From positions 3,658,001 through 3,722,000 of the forward strand of contig OZ024741.1 of the NCBI GenBank assembly GCA_964016885.1: a stretch of 64,000 bases of DNA, given 5' to 3'. The notes beneath the pieces were generated by a model. The model ran no database searches. It worked only from the letters and a program-made list of their open reading frames with translations, and was not told the origin of the DNA. This DNA comes from Eledone cirrhosa. Its lineage: Eukaryota. Both the position numbers and the translations under genes were made by a program. Positions 24,884 through 38,691 of the stretch are shown here, in pieces. Numbering within the stretch: position 1 is the first letter of the stretch; each line of letters begins with the position of its first letter.

Positions 24884-27800
24884 ATCATCATCATCATCAT
24901 CATCATCAGGTTTAGCGTCCGTGTTCCACGCTTGCATGGGTTTGGACGGGGGTTTTCCCACTTGAGGCAAGAGTGGTTGTCTTGCTCGCATAGGACTGTC
25001 TGGCGGGTTTTCTACAGTTGGATGCCCTTCCTAACACCAACCACATTTACAGTGTGGGGCTGGGAGGTTTTTACCGTGTTGCCTACACGGCCACATTACA
25101 GCGTGGACTGTCTGGCGGGTTTTCTACAGCTGGATGCCCTTCCTAACACCAACCACATTTACAGTGTGGGGCTGGGAGGTTTTTACCGTGTTGCCTACAC
25201 GGCCACATTTTACAGCGTGGACTGTGTGTTTTTTGTCGTGACACCTACACGATCTCATTTGTTTCGGCCTGGATGTTGTGGGACCAACATAACTTTACAT
25301 TGAAAGGGGCGGTGTGGGTGAGGTGGAGGTGGTGGGACGGGGGTGTGTTTTGATAGAGATGCCTACTGACTGTAGTAGGTTTTTACTTTGTATTTAGGTA
25401 AGGCGGGTCTTCTCTATTACTGAGTACCGCCAAAGGTCTCGGTCCAGTGACATTGTCTTGGAGAGGTGTAAGCGTGTGAGGTCGGAATTTATCAGCTCGT
25501 CCCATGTTTTTCTGGGTCTGCCTACTCCGTGGCTACCGTCTATCTTTATTGCCCTGCACTTTGTTATACAGCTGTCGTCTTTCATGCGCATCACGTGACC
25601 GTACCAACGTAGCCTTCTCTCGAGTAAACAACATCTGATCCCTCTTATTTCTAATTTTTTCCTTAGTTCGTTTATGCTTTGCCGTTCACGTATATTACTA
25701 TTGCACATCCAGCGGAGCATGCAAGCTTCGTTCCTCTCTAGTCTGCGTATATCCTCTGCACACAATGCCCAGGTCTCACTGCCATGCAGCATTGCTGTTC
25801 GTATGCAGGCATCGTATAACCTGCCTTTCATTTTTAGGGAGAACCCTCTAGCGGCTAATAGTGGTATAAGCTCTCTGAACTTTTTCCATCCAGTTCTGAC
25901 TCTAGCTACTGTACTTTCAGAGCACCCTCCCCCACTGCTGATTTTGTCACCCAGATAACGAAAGCTGTCCACTATTTCTATAGAACCCTCTGCGCAGTTG
26001 AAGGAGCTAGTATTTTGTGGGCACTTGCTGCTATTTATTGCACCAGAGCACCGGCCACATGTAAAATCTATGTTCTTAGTTAGCTTACCTGTGATCCCAC
26101 TACATCTTTTATGCACCCATACTTTGCATTTGGGACATAAAATGGAGTTTCTACCTACGCCTTTCCTACACACTGAGCATGGCCATTTCCCAGATGGGAC
26201 CGCCGCCTTATTTTCTTTCCTACAAACTAGAACTTTAGTCTTAGCCAGGTTAATTTTAAGGCCCTTTGATTCTAGGCCGTGCTTCCATGTTTGGAATTTC
26301 TTCTCTAGTTCGGTCATTGATTCAGCTATGAGCGTTAGATCATCTGCGTATAGGAGTTCCCATGGGCAGCCGGTCTTGAACTCCTCTGTTATAGCCTGAA
26401 GGGCAATAATAAATAGTAGGGGGTTAAGAACAGAGCCCTGATGGACACCAACTTTTACGCTAAACTCTTCACTATATTCGTTGTTAATTCTAACCTTACT
26501 GACTGTTTCTTTATACATGGCTTGTATAGCTCTCACAAGCCATTCGTCAACACCTAGTTTTCTAAGAGACCACCAGATAATGGAACGGGGGACTCTGTCG
26601 AAGGCTTTCTCCAAGTCGACGAAAGCTAAGTATAGGGGTTTACTTTTAGCTAGGTACTTCTCCTGTAGTTGTCGTACAATGAAAAGAGCGTCTGTGGTAC
26701 TTTTGCCTGACACAAACCCGAACTGCATTTCATCTAGATCAATTCTCTCTCTGATTAGTTGCGCTATTACTTTTTCCGTGACCTTCATGACCTGGTCGAT
26801 TAATTTAATGCCTCTATAGTTACTCCTATCTAGGGCATCTCCTTTTCCCTTATAGCAGTTAACGATGATGCTGCTACGCCATTCCTTCGGAACAGCCCCA
26901 TTCTGTACGACTTGGTTAACTATCCGGGTGACCATGGTGTGTCCCACCGAACCAGATGCCTTCAGCATCTCAGCAACTATTTCCGAAGGCCCAGCCGCCT
27001 TACCCGTCTTCATATCTTTGATTGCCTTACTTATTATACTACCTTCAACTAACACTGCTGGTCCCTCTATTGGATCGATCTGGGGGAGACTGTCTTTCTC
27101 CCATTTGTTCTCCCATTTGTTCTCCTTAGAAGCCTTTCGTAGTGACACTTCCAAGCTACCTTCTTATCAGCGTCGGTGATGGCAAGTATGCCATCATCGT
27201 TAAGTACACACTTCTCCCCAACAATATCACGGTTTTCCTTGACACATTGGCTGGCAATCCTGAACACCTCACGTTTTTGGTCCTCACGTTGTAGAACATG
27301 CTTGAACTTTCTTTCCTCTGCTTCCCTTCTTGCGAAGTACACTTGTCTCCTAGCTTCCCTCCTGGCCACTTGATAGTCTTCTCTACTTCCCCCATCCCGC
27401 CATACTTTCCAAGCCTGCTTTTTGGCCTTAATTGACTCCTCCACCTTACTGTTCCACCACCATGTTACTCTCCTCCTACCTACAGGCCTGCTCCAGCCAC
27501 AGACTTCGTCTGCCGCCGTCAGCAGGTTTGCTCTCAGGAATTCCCACTGTTCCTCTATATTATACGACTCTAATTGCTCTTCCTTACTGTCGAAAGCGTC
27601 AAGTAATATGCTTTGAAATTTATTTCTGGCTATGGGGTCCTTTAGCTTCCATATTTTTCTCCTGAGGATAGTCCTCTTCCGCTGTCTAGTACGTCTCGTC
27701 CTGACTATGAGGTCGCTAATTATCAATCTATGTTGGGAGGTGAATTCTTCATGGGGGTGGGATTTAGTGTTAACAACAGACACTCTGTCACGTCTTCTGG

Positions 27801-29074
27801 TAAGGATATAATCTACCTGACTTGTGTGTTCCCCCGATCTATAGGTGATCAAGTGATTGTCTCGTTTTTTGAAGTTAGTGTTACAGATAGTTAAGTTATT
27901 TGCGTCGCAGAATTCCAGGATTCTGGAGCCTTCCTCATTTCTAGTACCGAACCCTTAGCCTCCATGGATTCCGTCATAGCCGTCACAATGTTGTCCAACG
28001 TGACCATTTAGGTCGCCTGCAATAACTATATAGTCACTGTCGGTTATTTGGGAGGTAGCGAGCATCAGTGTCTCGTAGAATCTGTCTTTTATAGCGCCGG
28101 GCAGTCCGGATTGGGGTGCGTACGCAGATATTACTGTCACCGTAGTTTTATTGAGGACAAGTCTTATTTTAATTATTCTGTCGTTCACTCTATTTACGTC
28201 TATTATCTTATCTGCCCACTTTTCTGCTACCATGATTCCTACCCAACCCAACCCATTGTCATTTCCCACCCAGAAAAGCTTATAGCATCGTTCTTTACCC
28301 ACGATGAATCTAGCCGACCCTCCCCTCCACCTGGTCTCTTGAATACAACAAACATCGACCTCCTTACGTTCAAGCATTTCTACAACCTCGTTAGAGCGAC
28401 CCTTTAAGGTGCCTACATTCATGGTACCAACTCTGAAGTTTTGGATTGCGTTTGGAGGGTGGGAGCGGTGGGGCGCAGGGGGAGGGTGGGGGGTGGGGGG
28501 GGGGGGGGAGGGGGTTATGTTAGCCATCCTGGGCCGAAACAAGGAGGAGTGCTTGCATTCTCGTCCACGAGGTGAATTTGGCTTTATCGTTGGCATTGTC
28601 GCTGAGCGTCCACATTTTTCTCTCTTCAACTCTCCAGAATTCCGTAGTCCATCCATCATATCGAAAAGCAACCAGTTAAGCGATAGTATGGGCCTCTGAC
28701 TTATGATTGGTCCACGTAATAATGGTGGTGTGTGGGGGCGGGAGGGAGGGATGATGGGTTGTTAGCGAGAATGTAAGGTTTAAGATAAGATCGCCGTATT
28801 TTGGGCATAATTTAACAATAAACGAAAATACAAGATTTGTTTTGTTTAAGAAAATACAATAGAGAAAATGCGGTGATAGGGAAAATATGATTTTTAGAGA
28901 AAAGATATGATATAGAATGGTGAAAATAGGATATAGTGTGAAATTAGGACATAGAATAGTGATTGAATGAATGGGTTCGAATGGAGAGAAGAATCGAGAA
29001 AAATTTGAACGTTACTTTATACCGAAGGAACAGCCATCCCAGAAATAGCGAGTTGGCGATTTTGATTAATTTTG
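24884..29074 (-). mobile_element. Apparently full-length RTE LINE (subfamily A), 4.2 kb, inactivated
   Basis: Tail at 24884; 3' UTR with a tandem duplication of about 110 bp (~24995-25220); ORF pieces 25394-27154, 27067-27852 and 27955-28671; 5' UTR to about 29074; satellite resumes at GTCTATGTC. Confidence 0.95.
25394..28671 (-). pseudogene. RTE endonuclease-RT ORF with two lesions
   Basis: TAT>TAA nonsense at 27955-27957 (GG-Y-GFG in the sister copy), and a frameshift with a 12-bp duplication (TTCTCCCATTTG x2) at about 27095-27130. Confidence 0.92.
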
Positions 29075-32000
29075 GTCTATGTCATTAACCCTTTCATTAC
29101 TATATTTCTAATGAAAGACACTACCTATGTCATTAACCCTTTCAATACCATATTTCTAATGAAAGACATTACCTATGTCATTAAACCTTTCATTACCATA
29201 TTTCTAATGAAAGACATTACCTATGTCATTAACCCTTTCATTACCATATTTCTAATAAAAGACACTGTCTATGTCATTAACCCTTTCATTTCCATATCGT
29301 GCAGGTGTCACGACAAAAAAACACACAGTCCAACCGTAATGTGGCCGTGTAGGCAACACGGTAAAAACCTCCCAGTCCCACACTGTAAATGTGGTTGGTG
29401 TTAGGAAGGGCATCCAGCTGTAGAAAACCCGCCAGACAGTCCTATGCGAGCAAGACAACCACTCTTGCCTCAAGTGGGAAAACTCCCGTCCAAACCCATG
29501 CAAGCGTGGAACATGGACGTTAAACGATGATGATGATGATGATGATGATGATTTCTAATGAAAGACACTACCTATGTCATTAACCCTTTCATTACCATAT
29601 TTCTAATGAAAGACACTGTCTATGTCATTAACCCTTTCATTACCATATTTCTAATGAAAGACACTGTCTATGTCCTTAACCCCTTCATTATCATATTTCT
29701 AATGTAAGACACTACCTATGTCATTAATCCTTTCAATACCATATTTCTAATGAAAGACACAGTCTATGTCATTAACCCTTTCATTACCATATTTCTTATG
29801 AACGACACTACCTATGTCATTAACCCTTTCAATACCATATTTCTATTGAAAGACATTACCTATGTCATTAAACCTTTCATTACCATATTTCTAATGAAAG
29901 ACACTGCCTATGTCATTAACCCTTTCATTACCATATTTCTAATAAAAGACACTGTCTATGTCATTAACCCTTTCATTACCATATTTCTAATGAAAGACAC
30001 TGTCTATGTCATTAACCCTTTCATTACCATATTTCTAATGAAAGACACTGCCTATGTCATTAACCCTTTCATTACCATATTTCTAATAAAAGACACTGTC
30101 TATGTCATTAACCCTTTCATTTCCATATCGTGTAGGTGTCACGACAAAAAAACACACAGTCCACGCTGTAATGTGGCCGTGTAGGCAACACGCTAAAACC
30201 CTCCCAGTCCCACACTGTAAATGTGGTACGTGTTAGGAAGGGCATCCAGCTGTAGAAAACCCGCCAGACAGTCCTATGCGAGCAAGACAACCACTCTTGC
30301 CTTAAGTGGGAAAACTCCCGTTCAAACCCATGCAAGCGTGGAACATGGACATTAAACGATGATGATGATGATGATGATGATTTCTAATGAAAGACACTAC
30401 CTATGTCATTAAACCTTTCATTACCATATTTCTAATGAAAGACACTGTCTATGTCCTTAACCCTTTCATTACCATATTTCTAATGAAAGACACTACCTAT
30501 GTCATTAACCCTTTCAATACCATATTTCTAATGAAAGACACTACCTATGTCATTAAACCTTTCATTACCATATTTCTAATGAAAGACACTACCTATGTCA
30601 TTAACCCTTTCATTACCATATTTCTAATGAAAGACACTACCTATGTCATTAAACCTTTCATTACCATATTTCTAATAAAAGACACTGTCTATGTCATTAA
30701 CCCTTTCATTACCATATTTTTAATGAAAGACACTGTCTATGTCATTAACCCTTTCATTACCATATTTCTAATGAAAGACACTACCTATGTCATTAACCCT
30801 TTCAATACCATATTTCTAATGAAAGACACTACCTATGTCATTAAACCTTTCATTACCATATTTCTAATAAAAGACACTGTCTATGTCATTAACCCTTTCA
30901 TTACCATATTTCTAATGAAAGACACTACCTGTGTCATTAAACCTTTCATTACCATATTTCTAATAAAAGACACTGTCTATGTCATTAACCCTTTCAATAC
31001 CATATTTCTAATGAAAGACACTACCTACGTCATTAAACCTTTCATTACCATATTTCTAATAAAAGACACTGTCTATGTCATTAACCCTTTCATTACTATA
31101 TTTCTAATGAAAGACACTGTCTATGTCCTTAACCCTTTCATTATCATGTCATTAACCCTTTCATTACCATATTACTAATGAAAGACACTGTCTATGTCAT
31201 TAACCCTTTCATACCCATATTTCTAATAAAAGACACTGTCTATGTCATTAACCCTTTCATTACCATATTTCTAATGAAAGACACTACCTATGTCATTAAC
31301 CCTTTCAATACCATATTTCTAATGAAAGACATTACCTATGTCATTAAACCTTTCATTACCATATTTCTAATGAAAGACACTGCCTATGTCATTAACCTTT
31401 TCATTACCATATTTCTAATAAAAGACACTGTCTATGTCATTAACCCTTTCATTTCCATATCGTGTAGGTGTCACGACAAAAAAACACACAGTCCACGCTG
31501 TAATGTGGCCGTGTAGGCAACACGGTAAAAACCTCCCAGTCCCACACTGTAAATGTGGTTGGTGTTAGGAAGGGCATCCAGCTGTAGAAAACCCGCCAAA
31601 CAGTCCTATGCGAGCAAGACAACCACTCTTGCCTCAAGTGGGAAAACTCCCGTCCAAACCCATGCAAGCGTGGAACATGGACGTTAAACAATGATGATGA
31701 TGATGATGATGATTTCTAATAAAAGACACTACCTATGTCATTAAACCTTTCAATACCATATTTCTAATGAAAGACACAGTCTATGTCATTAACCCTTTCA
31801 TTACCATATTTCTTATGAACGACACTACCTATGTCATTAACCCTTTCAATACCATATTTCTATTGAAAGACATTACCTATGTCATTAAACCTTTCATTAC
31901 CATATTTCTAATGAAAGACACTGCCTATGTCATTAACCCTTTCATTACCATATTTCTAATAAAAGACACTGTCTATGTCATTAACCCTTTCATTACCATA

Positions 32001-35000
32001 TTTCTAATGAAAGACACTGTCTATGTCATTAACCCTTTCATTACCATATTTCTAATGAAAGACACTGCCTATGTCATTAACCCTTTCATTACCATATTTC
32101 TAATAAAAGACACTGTCTATGTCATTAACCCTTTCATTTCCATATCGTGTAGGTGTCACGACAAAAAAACACACAGTCCACGCTGTAATGTGGCCGTGTA
32201 GGCAACACGCTAAAACCCTCCCAGTCCCACACTGTAAATGTGGTACGTGTTAGGAAGGGCATCCAGCTGTAGAAAACCCGCCAGACAGTCCTATGCGAGC
32301 AAGACAACCACTCTTGCCTTAAGTGGGAAAACTCCCGTTCAAACCCATGCAAGCGTGGAACATGGACATTAAACGATGATGATGATGATGATGATGATTT
32401 CTAATGAAAGACACTACCTATGTCATTAAACCTTTCATTACCATATTTCTAATGAAAGACACTGTCTATGTCCTTAACCCTTTCATTACCATATTTCTAA
32501 TGAAAGACACTACCTATGTCATTAACCCTTTCAATACCATATTTCTAATGAAAGACACTACCTATGTCATTAAACCTTTCATTACCATATTTCTAATGAA
32601 AGACACTACCTATGTCATTAACCCTTTCATTACCATATTTCTAATGAAAGACACTACCTATGTCATTAAACCTTTCATTACCATATTTCTAATAAAAGAC
32701 ACTGTCTATGTCATTAACCCTTTCATTACCATATTTTTAATGAAAGACACTGTCTATGTCATTAACCCTTTCATTACCATATTTCTAATGAAAGACACTA
32801 CCTATGTCATTAACCCTTTCAATACCATATTTCTAATGAAAGACACTACCTATGTCATTAAACCTTTCATTACCATATTTCTAATAAAAGACACTGTCTA
32901 TGTCATTAACCCTTTCATTACCATATTTCTAATGAAAGACACTACCTGTGTCATTAAACCTTTCATTACCATATTTCTAATAAAAGACACTGTCTATGTC
33001 ATTAACCCTTTCAATACCATATTTCTAATGAAAGACACTACCTACGTCATTAAACCTTTCATTACCATATTTCTAATAAAAGACACTGTCTATGTCATTA
33101 ACCCTTTCATTACTATATTTCTAATGAAAGACACTGTCTATGTCCTTAACCCTTTCATTATCATGTCATTAACCCTTTCAATACCATATTTCTAATGAAA
33201 CACACAGTCTATGTCATTAACCCTTTCATTACCATATTACTAATGAAAGACACTGTCTATGTCATTAACCCTTTCATACCCATATTTCTAATAAAAGACA
33301 CTGTCTATGTCATTAACCCTTTCATTACCATATTTCTAATGAAAGACACTACCTATGTCATTAACCCTTTCAATACCATATTTCTAATGAAAGACATTAC
33401 CTATGTCATTAAACCTTTCATTACCATATTTCTAATGAAAGACACTGCCTATGTCATTAACCTTTTCATTACCATATTTCTAATAAAAGACACTGTCTAT
33501 GTCATTAACCCTTTCATTTCCATATCGTGTAGGTGTCACGACAAAAAAACACACAGTCCACGCTGTAATGTGGCCGTGTAGGCAACACGGTAAAAACCTC
33601 CCAGTCCCACACTGTAAATGTGGTTGGTGTTAGGAAGGGCATCCAGCTGTAGAAAACCCGCCAAACAGTCCTATGCGAGCAAGACAACCACTCTTGCCTC
33701 AAGTGGGAAAACTCCCGTCCAAACCCATGCAAGCGTGGAACATGGACGTTAAACAATGATGATGATGATGATGATGATTTCTAATAAAAGACACTACCTA
33801 TGTCATTAAACCTTTCATTACCATATTTCTAATGAAAGACACTACCTATGTTATTAACCCTTTCATTACCATATTTCTAATAAAAGACACTCTCTATGTC
33901 ATTAACCCTTTCATTACCATATTTCTAATAAAAGACACTGTCTATGTCATTAACCCTTTCATTAACATATTTCTAATGAAAGACACTGTCTATGTCATTA
34001 ACCCTTTCATTACCATATTTCTAATGAAAGACACTACCTATGTCATTAACCCTTTCAATACCATATTTCTAATGAAAGACACTACCTATGTCATTAAACC
34101 TTTCATTACCATATTTCTAATGAAAGACACTACCTATGTCATTAACCCTTTCATTACCATATTTCTAATGAAAGACACTACCTATGTCATTAAACCTTTC
34201 ATTACCATATTTCTAATAAAAGACACTGTCTATGTCATTAACCCTTTCATTACCATATTTTTAATGAAAGACACTGTCTATGTCATTAACCCTTTCATTA
34301 CCATATTTCTAATGAAAGACACTACCTATGTCATTAACCCTTTCAATACCATATTTCTAATGGAAGACATTACCTATGTCATTAACCCTTTCATTACCAT
34401 ATTTCTAATAAAAGACACTGTCTATGTCATTAACCCTTTCATTTCCATATCGTGTAGGTGTCACGACAAAAAAACACACAGTCCACGCCGTAATGCGGCC
34501 GTGTAGGCAACACGGTAAAAACCTCCCAGTCCCACACTGTAAATGTGGTTGGTGTTAGGAAGGGCATCCAGCTGTAGAAAACCCGCCAGACAGTCCTATG
34601 CGAGCAAGACAACCACTCTTGCCTCAAGTGGGAAAACTCCCGTCCAAACCCATGCAAGCGTGGAACATGGATTAAACGATGATGATGATGATGATGATGA
34701 TTTCTAATGAAAGACACTACCTATGTCATTAACCCTTTCATTACCATATTTCTAATGAAAGACACTGTCTATGTCATTAACCCTTTCATTACCATATTTC
34801 TAATGAAAGACACTGTCTATGTCATTAACCCTTTCATTACCATATTTCTAATGAAAGACAATGTCTTTGTTATTAACCCTTCTTTACACTATTTCTAATG
34901 AAAGACACTGTCTATGTCTTTAAGCCTTTCATTACCATATTTCTAATGAAAGACACTGTCTATGTTATTAACCCTTTCATTACCATATTTCTAATGAAAT

Positions 35001-35206
35001 ACACTGCATATATTATTTCAATTAATACTAAAAATAACCAAATATTTGGAGGAATTTAATAAAATAAACTTTCATTAATAAGAAGATATTTTGAAGATTA
35101 CCTAACAATAGTTTGATAAGGTTTTAATATAAGGATAAACATTTTAAAGTAAGGAGCTTTGTCAGATAGTTTTAGGCAATTTGATATGAAAAGAGTTAAA
35201 ACTGAC

Positions 35207-35324
35207 CACAAGGCGAGGTGTAGAGGATATTTTGTTGGTACTTTAAGAGCTTGTTCTACCAGTGATCGCCATGGTAACGTACAGGAAATGTTATACAACG
35301 AGTTTTGGTCATCTTTCATCTGGT
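35207..35324 (-). CDS. LAS1L: LAS1L coding exon: (N)QMKDDQNSLYNISCTLPWRSLVEQALKVPTKYPLHLAL(W); an alternative in-frame donor would extend it to 35102
   Basis: TTTCAG acceptor at 35325; donors TG|GTCAGT (35206) or AG|GTAATC (35101), both phase 2. LYNISCTLPWRSLVEQAL resembles LAS1L LFNCSASLDWPRMVESCL (recalled). Confidence 0.8.
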
Positions 35325-35359
35325 CTGAAACAAAATAAAATATTGTGTTCACAGTATTT

Positions 35360-35860
35360 ACTAAACACATCACACAGCATATTAACTCTTTCAATATGTT
35401 TACAGTAAACACCTCACACAACATATTAACCCCTTCAATGTTTATAGTAAACACCTCACACAACATATTAACCCATTCAATGTTTACAGTAAACACCTCA
35501 CACAACATATTAACCCCTTCAATGTTTACAGTAAACACCTCACACAACATATTAACCCCTTCAATGTTTATAGTAAACACCTCACACAACATATTAACCC
35601 ATTCAATGTTTACAGTAAACACCTCACACAACATATTAACCCCTTCAATGTTTACAGTAAACACCTCACACAACATATTAACCCCTTCAATGTTTACAGT
35701 AAACACCTCACACAACATATTAACCCCTTCAATGTTTACAGTAAACACCTCACACAACATATTAACCCCTTCAATGTTTACAGTAAACACCTCACACAAC
35801 ATATTAACCCCTTCAATGTTTACAGTAAACACCTCACACAACATATTAACTCTTTCAATA
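35360..35860. repeat. 42-bp minisatellite, about 12 units
   Basis: Unit ATTAACCCCTTCAATGTTTACAGTAAACACCTCACACAACAT; contains the palindrome TGTTTAC-A-GTAAACA. Confidence 0.95.
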
Positions 35861-35924
35861 TCAAGCCACATGAGACATCCCCATACTTGACTTATCATTA
35901 TTTTATGTGTTTTCCATGCTGGCT

Positions 35925-37460
35925 GTAGGGCAGACAGGTCATCGACATGAGGCAAGTCTGGTCAGTTGGCCGTCGACATGAGACAAGCCTGGTCAGTTGG
36001 CCATAGATCAGAGAGGTCATCGACATGAGACAAGTCTGGTCAGTTGGCCGTAGATCAGAGAGGTCATCGACATGAGACAAGTCTGGTCAGTTGGCCGTAG
36101 GTCAGACAGGTCATCGACATGAGACAAGTCTGGTCAGTTGGCTGTAGGTCAGACAGGTCATCGACATGAGACAAGCCTGATCAGTTGGCCATAGATCAGA
36201 CAGGACATCGACATGAGACAAGTCTGGTCAGTTGGCCGTAGATCAGACAGGACATCGACATGAGACAAGTCTGGTCAGTTTGCTGTAGGTCAAACTGGTC
36301 ATCGACATGAGACGAGTCTGGTCAGTTGGCCATAGATCAGAGAGGTCATCGACATGAGACAAGTCTGGTCAGTTGGCCGTAGGTCAGACAGGTCATCGAC
36401 ATGAGGCAAGTCTGGTCAGTTGGCCGTAGGTCAAACTGGTCATCGACATGAGGCAAGTCTGGTCAGTTGGCCGTAGGTCAGACAGGTCATCGACATGAGA
36501 CAAGTTTGGTCAGTTGGCTGTAGGTCAGACAGGTCATCGACATGAGACGAGTCTGGTCAGTTGGCCGTAGGTCAGACAGGTCATCGACATGAGGCAAGTC
36601 TGGTCAGTGGGCCGTAGGTCAGACAGGTCATCGACATGAGACAAGTTTGGTCAGTTGGCTGTAGGTCAGACAGGTCATCGACATGAGACGAGTCTGGTCA
36701 GTTGGCCGTAGGTCAGACAGGTCATCGACATGAGGCGAGTCTGGTCAGTTGGCCGTAGGTCAGACAGGTCATCGACATGAGGCAAGTCTGGTCAGTTGGC
36801 CGTAGGTCAGACAGGTCATCGACATGAGACAAGTCTGGTCAGTTGGCCATAGGTCAGAGAGGTCAGCAACATGAGGCAAGTCTGGTCAGTTGGGTATAGG
36901 TCAGACAGGTCATCGACATGAGACAAGTCTGGTCAGTTGACTGTAGGTCAAACAGGTCATCGACATGAGACAAGTCTGGTCAGTTGGCTGTAGGTCAGAG
37001 AGGTCATCGACATGAGACAAGTCTGGTCAGTTGGCCATAGATCAGACAGGTCATCGACATGAGACAAGTCTGGTCAGTTGGCCATAGATCAGACAGGTCA
37101 TCGACATGAGACAAGTCTGGTCAGTTGGCCATAGATCAGACAGGTCATCGACATGAGACAAGTCTGGTCAGTTGGCTGTAGGTCAGACAGGTCATCGACA
37201 TGAGACAAGTCTGGTCAGTTGGTCATAGATCAGACAGGTCATCGACATGAGACAAGTCTGGTCAGTTGGCCGTAGGTCAGACAGGTCATCGACATGAGAC
37301 AAGTCTGGTCAGTTGGCTGTAGGTCAGACAGGTCATCGACATGAGACAAGTCTGGTCAGTTGGTCATAGATCAGACAGGTCATCGACATGAGACAAGTCT
37401 GGTCAGTTGGCCGTAGGTCAGACAGGTCATCGACATGAGACAAGTCTGGTCAGTTGGCCG
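35925..37460. repeat. 47-bp minisatellite, about 32 units
   Basis: Unit GTCATCGACATGAGACAAGTCTGGTCAGTTGGCCGTAGGTCAGACAG; related shorter units at 37590-37705. Confidence 0.95.
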
Positions 37461-37714
37461 TGCTGAACCTTCCTCAAATGTATTTTTCCCGGTTTTTTTT
37501 ACAGCTGGAATTCTTCCTAACACCAACAATGCTTAGAGGAACTGTGTGGTCCATTAGAGGGGCCCAGTCGGTTGTGCTGTACCCTGCTCACAGGGGTCAG
37601 TTGCCATGGGTCAGACAGGTCAGTTGGTTGTGCTGTACCCTGCCCTCAGGGGCAAGTTGGCCGTGGGTCAGACAGGTCAGTTGGTTGTGCTGTACCCTGT
37701 TCACAGGCGGATCC

Positions 37715-37895
37715 ATATTTGTAAAGTGGTTGTGTAGGAGTCACGACACAAATCACCCAACACACACTCGAAATGTGGTTAGCATTAGGAAGAACCAAGC
37801 TAGAAACAGTTGTGTATGAGCAAGACATGGTCACCTGGCTTGACTTGCCTCAAACGGAACAACCCATCTAACCCATGCTAGCATGGAAAATGGAC
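37715..37895 (+). mobile_element. Old RTE 3' end fragment
   Basis: AAATGTGGTTAGCATTAGGAAG...AACCCATGCTAGCATGGAAAATGGAC. Confidence 0.8.
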
Positions 37896-38101
37896 ACACA
37901 TATATATATATTTACACACACATACATATACACACATACACACAACAGGCTTCCTTATAATTTCCATCAATTAGAGAATGTGAAGAAAAGTGAGCAGAAG
38001 AGAGATGGGAGAGAGAGATTGTAAGAGAGAGAGAGAGAGATTGGGAGGGGGAGAGAGAGAAAGAGAGATTGGGAGAGGGAAAGAGAGAGAGAGAGACATA
38101 C

Positions 38102-38308
38102 TTGCTTGATTAACACTGAATAAAATGGCCATAAGCCATCCAGCTGTGAGACGTGCAGGTAATGTCTCAGAATTGTTGGCACAGACCATATCCATTAAAT
38201 TCTTGACAGCAAGAGGTGTAAATTTCATAGAATGCAGCAGTAACAATATAGGTTTCCAGAACTGAACAAGGCTGTCTGGCAACCAAAGACCATTCTGTGA
38301 CTGAAGTT
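38102..38308 (-). CDS. LAS1L: LAS1L coding exon: (E)LQSQNGLWLPDSLVQFWKPILLLLHSMKFTPLAVKNLMDMVCANNSETLPARLTAGWLMAILFSVNQA
   Basis: TTTTTCAG acceptor and A|GTATGT donor; 207 nt; phase 1-1. QFWKPILLLLHSMKFT resembles LAS1L QFWQPLLRGLHSQNFT (recalled). Confidence 0.9.
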
Positions 38309-38495
38309 CTGAAAAAGTGGAGAATATTTATTGTTTTTAGTCTAAGTGTAACAAGTTAGAATTTACAGATTCTCACATTAATTTTACCATTTCTACTTCC
38401 ACGGTTGATAAAACATTAAAGTACCATTTACCTTTTAGGGGCAGATATAATTAACTTTCCTCTCCCTACAAATTTTTGGCCTTGTTCCTAAATAT

Positions 38496-38688
38496 TACTA
38501 CTACCACTACTAGTACTACTACCACCACCACTACTACTACTACCACTACCACCACTACTAGTACTACTACTACCACCACCACCACTAGTACTACTACTAC
38601 CACCACCACTACTACTACCACTACCACTACTACTACCACTACCACTACTACCACTACTAGTACTAATTCCATTACCTCTACTACTACC
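38496..38688. repeat. (ACT/ACC)n trinucleotide microsatellite
   Basis: Read directly; source of the poly-Thr and poly-Val ORFs. Confidence 0.9.
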
Positions 38689-38691
38689 TGT

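Larger units (their letters stand above)
13965..34701 (+). mobile_element. Eleven copies of one RTE 3'-end fragment of about 250 bp inside the satellite (13965-14213, 15460-15712, 16182-16436, 16668-16920, 21339-21585, 29298-29552, 30129-30381, 31461-31713, 32146-32398, 33526-33778, 34451-34701)
   Basis: All share the 5' junction TTTCATTTCCATAT|CGTG and the 3' junction (GAT)n|TTCTAAT. Confidence 0.95.
11914..35010. repeat. 48-bp satellite array of about 23 kb including inserts; unit TTAACCCTTTCATTACCATATTTCTAATGAAAGACACTGTCTATGTCA
   Basis: Read directly; produces the spurious 16-aa MKDTVYVINPFITIFL ORFs. Interrupted by 11 plus-strand RTE tails and 3 minus-strand RTE insertions. Confidence 0.97.

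Noticed and set aside
12209-34898. Dozens of MKDTVYVINPFITIFL-repeat ORFs suggesting a repetitive protein family
   Set aside because: A 48-bp unit is divisible by 3 and stop-free in one frame. The ORFs break at random indels, are antisense within an intron, and lack splice or codon-level constraint.
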